From contig JANYDA010000048.1 of NCBI GenBank assembly GCA_025360005.1, forward strand, positions 78,048 to 142,047: a stretch of DNA of 64,000 nt, read 5' to 3'. The position numbers were made by a program, and so were the translations under genes. Below the pieces are notes generated by a model. The model was not told the DNA's origin and did no database searches. It saw only the letters and a program-made list of their open reading frames with translations. Numbering within the stretch: position 1 is the stretch's first letter; the number at the start of each line of letters is the position of its first letter. Source of the stretch: Fibrobacteria bacterium (lineage in GTDB: Bacteria; Fibrobacterota; Fibrobacteria; UBA11236). Below, piece by piece: positions 1-9,725 of this stretch.

Positions 1-1857
1 CGCGCTGGCGGGATTGGTGCCGTGCGCGGAAACGGGGATGAGGCACACGTCGCGATGGCTTTCGCCGCGGCTCTTGTGGTAGGCGCGGATGACCATGAGG
101 CCGGCGTATTCGCCTTGCGATCCGGCATTGGGCTGCAGGGAAACGCCCGGCAGGCCGGTGATGGCGGCCAGATCGCGTTCCAGATCCCAGAACATGCGGC
201 GATACCCCTTGGTCTGATCCTCCGGCGCGAACGGGTGGATGTTGCCGAACTCCGGCCAGGTGAGCGGCACCATTTCCGCGGTGGCGTTCAGCTTCATGGT
301 GCAGGAACCCAGCGCTATCATGGAGGTGTTGAGGGACAGGTCCTTGTTCTCAAGCGATTTGATGTAGCGCAGCATTTCCGTTTCGCTGCGATGGCTGTTG
401 AACACGGGATGGGCCAGGATGGCGCTGTTGCGGATGAGCGGCGCGGGCCAATTGAGAGCGAGCCCGCGCGGCCATTCCTCCGCGGCTTTCGCGTCCGGCT
501 TGGGTCTGTTCACGGCTCCCGCGAAGATGGCGACGATTTCCGCCACGTCCTTCTCGGTGGTGGTTTCGTCCAGGCTGATGCCCACGTTCCCGCCCTTGGC
601 GTCTTCCAGATAGCGGAAGTTGCGGCCCGCGGCCACGGAATCCGCTTTGAGCTTGGGCAGCATGGCCGCATCCGGCAGGGAAATACGCAGCGTGTCGAAG
701 AAGGCGGCGTTGGCCTGCTTGCAGCCGAGCGTAGCCAGGCCTTTCTCCAGGGAGCGCGCCAGCGCGTGCACGCGCGAGGCGATGGCCTTGAGCCCCTGCG
801 GCCCGTGGTAGACCGCGTACATGCCGGCCATGACGGCCAACAGCACCTGCGAGGTGCAGATATTGCTGGTGGCCTTGTCCCGGCGGATATGCTGCTCGCG
901 GGTTTGCAATGCCATGCGGTAGGCGCGCTGGCCATGCGCATCGATGGTAACGCCGATGATACGTCCGGGCATGTGGCGCTTGAAGGCTTCCCTGGTGGCG
1001 AAGAAGGCGGCATGCGGCCCGCCGAAACCCATAGGCACGCCAAAGCGTTGCGCGGATCCGATGGCGATGTCCGCCCCGAAGGATCCCGGCGAAGCGAGCA
1101 GTACCAAGGCCAACAAATCCGTGGCCACGGCCACCTTGATGCCGGCGGCATGGGCCCGGGTGACCAGGTCCGCGTAGTCCGCGACGTTGCCGAAGGTGTC
1201 CGGGTATTGGATCAGGGATCCGAATGCGCCCGCCACCTGGCCGTTGGCCAAGTCCGCCTCGTCCCCGATGCGGAGTTCTATACCCAGCGGTTCCGCGCGC
1301 GTGCGCAGCACATCCAGGGTTTGCGGATGGCAGCGCTTGGAGGCGAAAAAGCCCTTGGCGGATTCATCCTCGCGGATGGAGAAGAGCATGGCCATGGCCT
1401 CGGCGGCGGCGGTGCCTTCATCGAGCAGGGATGCGTTGGCGATTTCCATGCCCGTCAAATCCATCACCGTGGTCTGGAAATTGATCAAGGCTTCCAGGCG
1501 GCCTTGCGCGATTTCCGCCTGGTACGGGGTATAGGCCGTGTACCAGCCGGGATTCTCCAGGATGTTGCGCTGGATGACGCCGGGCAGAACCACATCGTAG
1601 TAGCCGGCGCCGATGTGGGATTTGAGGACTTTATTCTGGGAGGCGAGCGCGCGCGCTTCTTGCAGGAAGCGGCTTTCGTTTTCCCAGGCCGGGAGTTCCA
1701 GCGGGGCGGCCAGGCGGATGGAGTCGGGAACGGTTTTCCGCGCCAGATCCTCCAGGCTGTCCGCGTTTACCACCTTGAGCATGTCCCGGATTTGCCCCTC
1801 GTCGGGACCGATATGCCGGGAAACGAATGCACCTTTGTTCTGAACGCTCAATTCCAT
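1..1857 (-). CDS. gcvP: Glycine dehydrogenase (decarboxylating), glycine cleavage P protein; 3' end lies outside the window
   Basis: Manual minus-strand translation from ATG 1857: MELSVQNKGAFVSRHIGP..., LENPGWYTAYTPYQAEIAQG, QRFGVPMGFGGPHAAFF, REQHIRRDKATSNIC. Confidence 0.95.
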   Translation of the reverse strand, partial: MELSVQNKGAFVSRHIGPDEGQIRDMLKVVNADSLEDLARKTVPDSIRLAAPLELPAWENESRFLQEARALASQNKVLKSHIGAGYYDVVLPGVIQRNILENPGWYTAYTPYQAEIAQGRLEALINFQTTVMDLTGMEIANASLLDEGTAAAEAMAMLFSIREDESAKGFFASKRCHPQTLDVLRTRAEPLGIELRIGDEADLANGQVAGAFGSLIQYPDTFGNVADYADLVTRAHAAGIKVAVATDLLALVLLASPGSFGADIAIGSAQRFGVPMGFGGPHAAFFATREAFKRHMPGRIIGVTIDAHGQRAYRMALQTREQHIRRDKATSNICTSQVLLAVMAGMYAVYHGPQGLKAIASRVHALARSLEKGLATLGCKQANAAFFDTLRISLPDAAMLPKLKADSVAAGRNFRYLEDAKGGNVGISLDETTTEKDVAEIVAIFAGAVNRPKPDAKAAEEWPRGLALNWPAPLIRNSAILAHPVFNSHRSETEMLRYIKSLENKDLSLNTSMIALGSCTMKLNATAEMVPLTWPEFGNIHPFAPEDQTKGYRRMFWDLERDLAAITGLPGVSLQPNAGSQGEYAGLMVIRAYHKSRGESHRDVCLIPVSAHGTNPASA

Positions 1858-2094
1858 AAGCCTCGCCCGCGTGGAAAAACCCCGACCGGATGATAGGGGA
1901 ACGGGCCCCATACGGCTGGGGGCACCAAGAACAATTTTACTAATTTTCGGCGGATACCTACAGCCATGGGGTGCATGGCTGCGGGCCGACGCCGCTAGGC
2001 GCAGCAGACGATTGCGGGAGCCGCGGAACCGATTGGGGTTTTCCGGATTCCCATGGGCAATGCCGCTTTCAAGGCACTTACAAGGGATGAGGTT

Positions 2095-3096
2095 ATGGGA
2101 ATCAAGGTCGCGATCATGGGAGCCACCGGCGCGGTGGGAACGGAACTCTTGGACATCCTCGCCGAGCGGAATTTCCCGATTTCCGAATTGCGACTGCTGG
2201 CTTCCGCCCGTTCCGCGGGAAAAACCCTGCAGTTTCAGGATGAGGATATCAAGGTCCAGGAGCTGAAACACGATTCCTTCCGGGGTATCGATCTGGTGCT
2301 CGCTTCCGCGGGCGGGAAAATCAGCAAGGAATACGCGCCTTCCGCCGTCAAGGCCGGGGCCGTGGTGGTCGATAATACTTCCCATTTCCGCATGGCCGAA
2401 GGCGTGCCGCTGGTGATCCCGGAGATCAATCCGGAAGACATCTTCAAGCACAAGGGCATTATCGCCAATCCCAACTGCTCCACCATCATCATGGCCCTGC
2501 CGTTGTGGCCCTTGCACAAGCGCTACAAGATCAAGCGTATCGTGGCCGCCACCTACCAGGCCGCCAGCGGCGCCGGCGCCGTGGCCATGGACGAATTGGT
2601 GAGCGAGACCGCCGCCTACCTCAAGGGCGAGGACTTCAACCGCACCGTGATCCCCCATCCCTATGCTTTCAACCTCTTTCCCCATAACTCCCCCATGACC
2701 GAGAGCGGCTATTGCGAAGAGGAGATCAAGATGGTGAAGGAAACCCGCAAGATCTTCCATGACGATGTGATCCGTGTAACGGCGACCTGCGTGCGCGTGC
2801 CCGTGCTGCGGGCCCACTCGGAAGCCCTCAACGTGGAGTTCGAGCAAGAACCGGACATCGAAGAGGTCTACGCCATCCTGCGCGCCGCCGAAGGCGTGGA
2901 AGTGATGGAGGACAGGGCCAAGAACCGCTGGCCCATGCCCCTGGACGCATCCGGCCGGGATCCGGTGCTGGTGGGCCGCGTCCGCAAGGACAACACCCAG
3001 CCCAAAACGCTGGACATCTGGGTGGTGGGCGATCAAATCCGCAAGGGCGCGGCGCTCAATGCGGTGCAGATAGCGGAAAAACTCTTCAATAAATAG
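2095..3096 (+). CDS. asd: Aspartate-semialdehyde dehydrogenase
   Basis: GATGAVG NAD-binding motif, ANPNCST catalytic Cys, ATCVRVPV, DQIRKGAALNAVQIAE; ATG 2095 follows a GAGG RBS. Confidence 0.96.
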   Translation: MGIKVAIMGATGAVGTELLDILAERNFPISELRLLASARSAGKTLQFQDEDIKVQELKHDSFRGIDLVLASAGGKISKEYAPSAVKAGAVVVDNTSHFRMAEGVPLVIPEINPEDIFKHKGIIANPNCSTIIMALPLWPLHKRYKIKRIVAATYQAASGAGAVAMDELVSETAAYLKGEDFNRTVIPHPYAFNLFPHNSPMTESGYCEEEIKMVKETRKIFHDDVIRVTATCVRVPVLRAHSEALNVEFEQEPDIEEVYAILRAAEGVEVMEDRAKNRWPMPLDASGRDPVLVGRVRKDNTQPKTLDIWVVGDQIRKGAALNAVQIAEKLFNK

Positions 3097-3243
3097 CCGC
3101 CCCGGAATCACGCCTCGCGGAAACCGGCGAGGCGCCATTGAATGCCCCGCCGCGAGCCCCAGGCGCCCATTCCCTTCCCAATCTCCATTTTGCCTTTGCA
3201 TTTCCGCTTCCCTCCCGCCCCTCCGTATGCCTATAATCCTTCC

Positions 3244-3453
3244 ATGGCCATCATCCTCAGTCTGCTCATCTTCTGCCTGGGCCTGTATTTCCTGAGCCTT
3301 TTCTTCCAGGTGGCGCGTTTGGAGAAGACGATGACGGAAGGCGTGACCCTTTTGGAGACCTATATGATCGCCAAATACGCCTTGGACAAGAACGGGAAGA
3401 AAACCGACGATGCCGAGGCCGCTGCTGCGGAAAAGTCCGCAACCCCCGGCTGA
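3244..3453 (+). CDS. Small membrane protein (one N-terminal TM helix), hypothetical
   Basis: MAIILSLLIFCLGLYFLSLFFQV hydrophobic start, host-like codons, TATAAT 6 nt upstream of the ATG. Confidence 0.6.
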   Translation: MAIILSLLIFCLGLYFLSLFFQVARLEKTMTEGVTLLETYMIAKYALDKNGKKTDDAEAAAAEKSATPG

Positions 3454-3519
3454 ACTGCTCCGGAAGGAGATACCGCGGCCGGAGTTTGCTAACTTTCCTC
3501 TCCGGAGGATCCCCCGCTC

Positions 3520-4779
3520 ATGAAGAACCTGGTTACCCATATCGGCCCCTTGCCGGTGCAGCAGTTGGCGAAGGATTTCGGCACGCCGGCATTCATCTAT
3601 GAAAAAGCCGTGATCGAAAAACGCATCGCCGAGCTGAAGGCGTTCGAGGTGATCCGCTTCGCTCAAAAGGCTTGCTCCAATCTGGCCATCCTGGCCTTGA
3701 TGCGCAAACATGGGGTGCTGGTGGACGCGGTTTCGGCGGGGGAAATCCACCGCGCTCTCAAGGTGGGATATACGGGAGCAGGCCATCCTCCCGGCATCGT
3801 GTTCACGGCGGATCTGTTCGACGACGACGCGTTGCACTTGATCCGGGAGCATAGGATTCCCGTGAACGTGGGTTCGCCGGACATGATTTCCCAGCTCGGC
3901 AAGGTGCTGCCCGGAGCGGAAGTGACCTTGCGTATCAATCCCGGCTTCGGGCATGGGCATTCGCGCAAGGTGAATACCGGCGGCAGCTATTCCAAGCACG
4001 GCATCTGGCATACGGATCTGGAGGATTGCCTGCGTCTGGGAGTGGAGGCGGGCGTGGACATCCAGGGCCTGCACATGCATATCGGATCCGGCAGCGATTA
4101 CCAGCATCTCTCCACGGTATGCGACGCCATGGTGAAGGCGGCCAAGCGGATGGGGCCGCAACTTAAGGTGATCAGCGCCGGCGGCGGCCTGCCCATCCCT
4201 TACCGCAAGGAGCAGGCGCGCATCGACATCGCCGCCTATTACGGTTTGTGGGATAAGGCCCGCAAGGCCATCGAGAAGGACGCGGGCCATCCCGTGGGGT
4301 TGGAAGTGGAACCGGGACGTTACCTGGTGGCCGAGTCCTGTTCGCTGCTGACCCGGATCCGCTCGGTGAAAAACTCCGGCGGCAACCGCTTCTACCTGGT
4401 GGACGCGGGCTTCGATACCTTGATCCGTCCCGCCATGTACGGCGCCTATCATGAGATCTCCATCTGCGCCGCCGACGGCCGCACCGTGGGTAACGCCTTC
4501 GATACCATCGTGGCGGGGCCTTTGTGCGAATCCGGCGATGTGTTCACGCAGGAAGAAGGCGGCGTGGTCACCACCCGCAAATTGCCGGAGGCGGTGGTGG
4601 GCGATTACCTGATCCTGCATGACGCAGGGGCGTATGGAGCCTCCATGTCCTCCAATTACAATACCCGCAAGCTGGCGACGGAAGTGATGATCCAGGAGGA
4701 CGGCGCGGAGGTGATCCGGGAACGCCAGACTTTCGAGTCCATCCTCCAGTTTGAACGCGTCCCCAAAAACCTTTCCTGA
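3520..4779 (+). CDS. lysA: Diaminopimelate decarboxylase
   Basis: FAQKACSN PLP-lysine, HMHIGSG, EPGRYLVAE, GPLCESGD, GAYGASMSSNYN. Confidence 0.96.
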   Translation: MKNLVTHIGPLPVQQLAKDFGTPAFIYEKAVIEKRIAELKAFEVIRFAQKACSNLAILALMRKHGVLVDAVSAGEIHRALKVGYTGAGHPPGIVFTADLFDDDALHLIREHRIPVNVGSPDMISQLGKVLPGAEVTLRINPGFGHGHSRKVNTGGSYSKHGIWHTDLEDCLRLGVEAGVDIQGLHMHIGSGSDYQHLSTVCDAMVKAAKRMGPQLKVISAGGGLPIPYRKEQARIDIAAYYGLWDKARKAIEKDAGHPVGLEVEPGRYLVAESCSLLTRIRSVKNSGGNRFYLVDAGFDTLIRPAMYGAYHEISICAADGRTVGNAFDTIVAGPLCESGDVFTQEEGGVVTTRKLPEAVVGDYLILHDAGAYGASMSSNYNTRKLATEVMIQEDGAEVIRERQTFESILQFERVPKNLS

Positions 4780-4947
4780 CTCCCGCAGAGGTTTCCAAAT
4801 CAATGTAATGGCCGCGGTTTCCGGCACATTTTTTATGCTTGCGGGCATCCTCCCGCTCCGGCATCTCCCAGCGAAACGCGGGAAACCCAAAACCGGGCAA
4901 CTATCCCTACTTGGGACGCGGAAGATGGGGTATATTCATCTGGCTCC

Positions 4948-6774
4948 ATGAGTAAAACGATGCGCGCCTCCTTGGCACTTCTTTGTTTCCTTTGCCTATC
5001 CCGCGCCGGCATTCCCGACTCGGTCCATCCCGACTATGCGCTGGCGGAATTGCGCATGCCCGCGCTTTTCAAGACCATGGGGTTGGCTTTTCTCGACGAT
5101 GGTACCATGGTGCTGGCCGTCATCGAGTTGACCGGCGGGGGCGAAGAGCCGGAATTGGACGTGAATGAAAAGATCTATTTGATCAAAGGCGCTTCCACGG
5201 ATTCCCTTCCGGGCGAAATCAAGGAGGTTTCCAATTTCTGGCGGCAGCTTTCCGGCGTGGTGGTGGCGCAAGGCCGCCTTTACGTTTCCGATCGGGACGG
5301 CTTCTATGAAATCCCGGATCTGAAAGCCCCCCCGGATCTCCAGGCCAACCGGAAAGCCATAGTCAAATGGCCCAACGAAAACCATTGGAACTTCGGCCCT
5401 TATTGGCATCAATGGGTGTTCACCCCGCAATACCTGAACGGCTCCTTCTATGCGCCATATTCCGGATCCATCCGCACCGGCGGCTGGTCCAACGTGAACC
5501 CCACCTCTACGCTCAGCGGAGCGTTGCTGCAATGGGATTTGGCGGGGAATCTGCAAGCTTACGCCGGGGGATTGCGTTCGCCCAACGGCGCCAATCTCAA
5601 TTCCGCCACCGGGGAGATGTTCGTTACGGATAACCAGGGCAGCTGGCTGCCCGCCTCCACCTTCATGCGCATCCGCAAGGGTCGCTTCTACGGCCATCGC
5701 CAGAGCTCTCCGGATCTGGATACCGCCGGGAACGTGTTGGGCACGCATGCGCCCAACTTCGCGGAAAGCCTTCCTTACGATCCTCCCGTGGCCTGGCTGC
5801 CGTACGGCACGGTGCGATCCTCTCCCAGCCAGCCCGTGCTTCTGCATAAGGGCACTTTCGCCGGAGATTGGCTGATAGGGGACGTGAACAATCCCGGCCT
5901 TGTCCGGGTTGGGCTCGACAAGGTGGGCGAGGAATACAACGGGGCCGTGTTCCACTTCTCGCTGGGGACCGCCAATGCCGCCATCAACCGGATGGCGGAA
6001 GATCCGGAAGGCGGGATAGTGATTGGCACCATCGCCAAAATCAGCGGCAATTGGCCCGCCGGCGACAAAAGCCCGCTGTACAGATTAACGGCCAAGAGCT
6101 GGGGATCGGCCTTCGATATCAGGTCCGTGCGCGCCTTGGACGATGGCTTGGAACTGGCCTTCACCCAGCCGGTGAATCCGGATTCCATCCGCCCGGAGCA
6201 TTTCTCCGTGAAGTCTTCGCGCTATATCCGCCAGAAGGAATATGGCATGGGAAAGCAACCGGATGAGGATAGGGTGGTGCTGGAGGCGCAACCCTCTGCT
6301 GACCGCAAGCGCGTGCATCTCAAGCTCGATAGCATGCCCTTGGACAGGGTGCTGTACCTCAAGGTGGACGGGGTGACGTCATCGGGGGGCAAGGCTTTAT
6401 GGAATTCGGAAGCCTGGTTCACCCTGAACTATGCCTCCGGGCGCCGGTGGACGGCGGACGTTTCCGGCCTGGCGGGCGCAAGCGTGGATTCCAACCCGTC
6501 CAGATTGAGCGCGCGCGCGTTACCGGCGGGGTTCGGTACCCTGGAGGTTACAGTCCGGTGCGGTCTATCCCCCGGTGGCTGCGGGGATGGCGCCGGGTTC
6601 CAGGCGAAGCTGCTCGCGCCCACGGGGAAAGTGTTGGCCACGCGCTCCGGTTCAGGCGCGGAAGCGGTCCGTTTCAGCCGGCCGGGCGATGGGCCCGGTG
6701 TCTATTTGCTGCAAGTGCTTTCCCCGCGCTCCGCCCCCAGTAACCTATCGGTTACGCAGCGCGTCGTTTTCTGA
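4948..6774 (+). CDS. Secreted beta-propeller protein (glucose/sorbosone dehydrogenase-like) with Ig-like domain and T9SS-like C-terminal domain
   Basis: Signal peptide, GLRSPNG and FVTDNQGSW motifs, C-terminal GVYLLQV. Confidence 0.7.
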   Translation: MSKTMRASLALLCFLCLSRAGIPDSVHPDYALAELRMPALFKTMGLAFLDDGTMVLAVIELTGGGEEPELDVNEKIYLIKGASTDSLPGEIKEVSNFWRQLSGVVVAQGRLYVSDRDGFYEIPDLKAPPDLQANRKAIVKWPNENHWNFGPYWHQWVFTPQYLNGSFYAPYSGSIRTGGWSNVNPTSTLSGALLQWDLAGNLQAYAGGLRSPNGANLNSATGEMFVTDNQGSWLPASTFMRIRKGRFYGHRQSSPDLDTAGNVLGTHAPNFAESLPYDPPVAWLPYGTVRSSPSQPVLLHKGTFAGDWLIGDVNNPGLVRVGLDKVGEEYNGAVFHFSLGTANAAINRMAEDPEGGIVIGTIAKISGNWPAGDKSPLYRLTAKSWGSAFDIRSVRALDDGLELAFTQPVNPDSIRPEHFSVKSSRYIRQKEYGMGKQPDEDRVVLEAQPSADRKRVHLKLDSMPLDRVLYLKVDGVTSSGGKALWNSEAWFTLNYASGRRWTADVSGLAGASVDSNPSRLSARALPAGFGTLEVTVRCGLSPGGCGDGAGFQAKLLAPTGKVLATRSGSGAEAVRFSRPGDGPGVYLLQVLSPRSAPSNLSVTQRVVF

Positions 6775-7060
6775 TCCCAAGCAAGCTGCGCTTTCGATCC
6801 CTTTTCCCAAATCCCCAATAGGCATCCGCGTCCCGCGGCCGTCCCATAATACGTGGCGGACGGCGAAGCAAGCGCTTTCGGTTTTATTTGGATCATTCCG
6901 TTTCTGGGGAGCATAGCGCCTTTTTCCGGCGAATCCCGCCTGAAAGGCGCTACAACCGCGAACGGGTGGCGATTCCGGTGGACGCCGCGCCTTCAGGCTG
7001 CCGCAAAGGGGGAGGAAAGTTCCCGTTGAGTTTTGCTCCCGGTTCCTTATTATAAGTGCC

Positions 7061-7471
7061 ATGCTTATCCTCTCCATCGCATTCGGTTCTCTCAGCCTGA
7101 TCTTGGGCTTAAGCTTCTACCGCAAGTACCAGACGCGCTTGCGTTCCGGCTGGTTAGACACCCTGCGCTACAGCCGCATCGGGGACTATTACGGCAGGCC
7201 CATCCTGTTGGCTTTCGAGTACCGCCCCAACGAAACGACGGGCATTTCCACCGTGGAGGCGGACGTGGACGAGATCTACCATTATGGCCGCGACTATTAT
7301 CTCAAGGGGCATTCTTATCTCAGGGGACATTCCCCGGATAGGAAACGCCGCCAGATATTCAAATGGAGCCGCATCTCCAATCCGCGCGTCCGTTACGATG
7401 GGCGCAATCTGGGATCCCTGGAAGCCTTGTTCCTGGCCGCCGAAGAAGGTGGATCTAGGATTGCGGCCTGA
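7061..7471 (+). CDS. Membrane-anchored protein with a WYL-like domain (hypothetical)
   Basis: N-terminal TM helix; FEY...YYLKG...QIFKWSRI resembles the WYL pattern F-x-Y...YL-x-G...TFRLDRI. Confidence 0.5.
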   Translation: MLILSIAFGSLSLILGLSFYRKYQTRLRSGWLDTLRYSRIGDYYGRPILLAFEYRPNETTGISTVEADVDEIYHYGRDYYLKGHSYLRGHSPDRKRRQIFKWSRISNPRVRYDGRNLGSLEALFLAAEEGGSRIAA

Positions 7472-7667
7472 TGAAACGGGTAAGGGAATTGGCCATGCCA
7501 AATCCACCCAAGTCGGGCTAAATATTGACAATGCCCCCCGCCGGCGCGCTATCGCTCTCTTTTCGCGCCGACTGGAGGCGCTCCGTTTGGGATCGGTCTT
7601 TGCTTGTATCTCTTGTTACGGTACTGACAAAAGGTATCTGAACCGGTGAACCGGTTGAGGAGAGTCC

Positions 7668-7865
7668 ATGGAAAACGAAGACAAGGAGTTCTGGAAAGCT
7701 CTGCTGACCAACCGGAATCTCCGCTCCCGATTCATCCGGGACTTGGAAATCCAATCCATCGTGAGCCGTTCCGCAGAGGATTTGGCCATCCGTTACCATG
7801 AAGAAGAAATGCTTCCCCGTCATGCGGCAGCCGGCGTTCAAAGGGCCGCTGTCAGCCGCAGTTGA
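7668..7865 (+). CDS. Small hypothetical protein (65 aa)
   Basis: Strong GAGGAG RBS before the ATG, host-like codon usage. Confidence 0.55.
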   Translation: MENEDKEFWKALLTNRNLRSRFIRDLEIQSIVSRSAEDLAIRYHEEEMLPRHAAAGVQRAAVSRS

Positions 7866-9655
7866 TAGCCTAGGTCGTTTGCCAGGCCCTCCCGGGTCCA
7901 TGGTATGCGCAGCGCCTGCTCGATTTGGAGCCGGTTTTCCAACTTCCATCCCTGTCGCACATCGCAGCGTAGGTAATTACCGGGACTCCGCATATCTCCC
8001 ATCAAAAAAGCCGCGCTCCAGGCCATGGCGGCCATGCGCCGGCATTCAATGCTCAGAGGGGCGGGAAGCGATCCGGAATACCCTCCGCCTTTCCAGGTAA
8101 ACGCCGTTTTGACGGCCCAATCCCCCCGCCGCCAAGCTAGGCTTTGTCCCCAGCCTCCTCGTCCCTGGGTTCCCCCGCCGGATCCGTTCGAGCTGCCCGG
8201 CCCGCGCGATCCGGCCCTTAGGAAGGCCGCCGTGGCTCCCGCCTCGTGGGTCCATTCGCCCAGGATTTGGATAACCGCCAGGTTACCCTCTCCAGCCACC
8301 AGGCCCTGATCCAAGCCCCAATCCGCACCGCCGCCGCCATCGATACGGGCCCGGTAGCCTCTCCAAGCGGCCAAGGGAAATCGCGTGCGGGCCGACAGGC
8401 CGCCCTCGCCGCGCCCGGGCAGGATCCAACGTCCGTCCAGGGTATCGCGCAGGTAACCCCGGGGGGATTGCAACGGGTTGGCCCAGCCCGCGTCCGCCTG
8501 CCGCAATTGCAACCGCCAACCGGCCGAGTCCGCATCTGGGGAGGCCAGGGCCGCTTCCAGATAGCCGCCCCAATCCGGTTGATCCGTCCCGTTCCCGGCT
8601 TTTCGCCCCGGACCCGCCGATGCACCGGAGGGCGGGGGCGCATCGGTATAGGAAGCGGCCAAGCCCAGGTTCCAGCGAATGAGATTTTGCGCGCGATTGG
8701 CCAACGACGCGCCGGCGATGGAAACCTCCGTGGCCGGGCCGGCATCGGGTTCAAACCGCTGCCTTGCGGCTTGCGCCCGGAAATCCCAACCGGCCTCCAC
8801 CGCGCCCAAGCGTCCGGCGGCGCCCGCGGCGAGAAGGACGGCGTCATTGCGGGCCGGGGAAGCGATGGAAGCCGAGGAAGCCGAGATGGCGGCGCGGTGC
8901 AAACGGTTCCAAGTCGCGGCCGCCTCCAGGATCCATTTTCCCGCGCGCGCGCGCAATCCCAATCCGTCCAAGGCGGTTTCCGGGGAGCCAAGCGCGCCCT
9001 CGATGCCGGAGCTTCCGGACCAACCCGCATAAAACCGGCTGCCGACGACGAAGCCCAGGCGCGTTTCCGCTTGAGCCGCGTGCAGGTGTCCGGCAAGCAG
9101 GGAAAAGCGGGGGGCGCCCACGCGCAGGAAGCGCGTTTCCATCCGGTAATCCCGCAGGGAAAGGCGTCCCGCAAGCCCCGGAAGCGAGCCTTTCGCGCGC
9201 AGGAGGGAAGGTTGGCCTCCCGCGGCATCCGGATTTTGCCGCGGCCGGGCGGTTTGCGACAAAGCGAGAAGCGCCTTGGGTTCCCGATCCCGCAGGGATC
9301 CGTGCAGGGTATCTTCCATGTTACCCGGGGCCGTCTCGCCGCCGGCCACGGCGAGGTCCGGGCAAACCGCGGCCATCGCTTCCCCTATCTCACGCCAGCG
9401 CAGATCCCCATCCCCGGTTTCCGGGGTTTCCGCCCAGGCCTGGCAGCCGTCATCCGGCCGGTCCGCCAGGAAATCGAGGAAGGCATCGTAGGCCTCCTGC
9501 CCGGCCTGGCCTGCCGAAACCCTATCCCGCAAATGTTCCAGAGCGGACTCCGCATCCGGGGAATAGGCCGCCGTCCCCCCCGGGAGACAGGCCACGATGC
9601 TAAGGCTTAAAAGCCGGGCAATGGCGATTATTTGGGGATTATGGGAAGAATTCAA
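7838..9655 (-). CDS. Large exported Gly/Ala-rich protein, probable outer-membrane beta-barrel
   Basis: 605-aa ORF (TTG start), signal-like N-terminus, alternating beta-strand pattern at the C-terminus (YQLRLTAAL); family not recognised with certainty. Confidence 0.5.
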   Translation of the reverse strand: MNSSHNPQIIAIARLLSLSIVACLPGGTAAYSPDAESALEHLRDRVSAGQAGQEAYDAFLDFLADRPDDGCQAWAETPETGDGDLRWREIGEAMAAVCPDLAVAGGETAPGNMEDTLHGSLRDREPKALLALSQTARPRQNPDAAGGQPSLLRAKGSLPGLAGRLSLRDYRMETRFLRVGAPRFSLLAGHLHAAQAETRLGFVVGSRFYAGWSGSSGIEGALGSPETALDGLGLRARAGKWILEAAATWNRLHRAAISASSASIASPARNDAVLLAAGAAGRLGAVEAGWDFRAQAARQRFEPDAGPATEVSIAGASLANRAQNLIRWNLGLAASYTDAPPPSGASAGPGRKAGNGTDQPDWGGYLEAALASPDADSAGWRLQLRQADAGWANPLQSPRGYLRDTLDGRWILPGRGEGGLSARTRFPLAAWRGYRARIDGGGGADWGLDQGLVAGEGNLAVIQILGEWTHEAGATAAFLRAGSRGPGSSNGSGGGTQGRGGWGQSLAWRRGDWAVKTAFTWKGGGYSGSLPAPLSIECRRMAAMAWSAAFLMGDMRSPGNYLRCDVRQGWKLENRLQIEQALRIPWTREGLANDLGYQLRLTAAL

Positions 9656-9725
9656 ATCTTGCCGCTTTCGGTATCCAGCCTCTAAGATTGGGGAAACTTA
9701 AGCCCGGATATCCGCGCGAATTGGA

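Noticed and set aside
22-1893. Long ORFs antisense to real genes (22-1893, 13992-15455, 17719-19260, 19473-20540, 34923-36374, 55051-56307, 58520-59770, 60183-61601)
   Set aside because: Shadow ORFs typical of GC-rich DNA; they mirror well-supported genes and show no recognisable motifs.
1858-2094. Glycine riboswitch upstream of gcvP
   Set aside because: No GGAGA...CCGAAG...CTCAGG core on the minus strand.
3454-3519. Lysine riboswitch before lysA
   Set aside because: The 66-nt gap is far too short and no conserved elements are present.
6779-6880. Imperfect direct repeat AAGCAAGC(TG)CGCTTTCG at 6779 and 6866
   Set aside because: Only two short degenerate copies with no further support.
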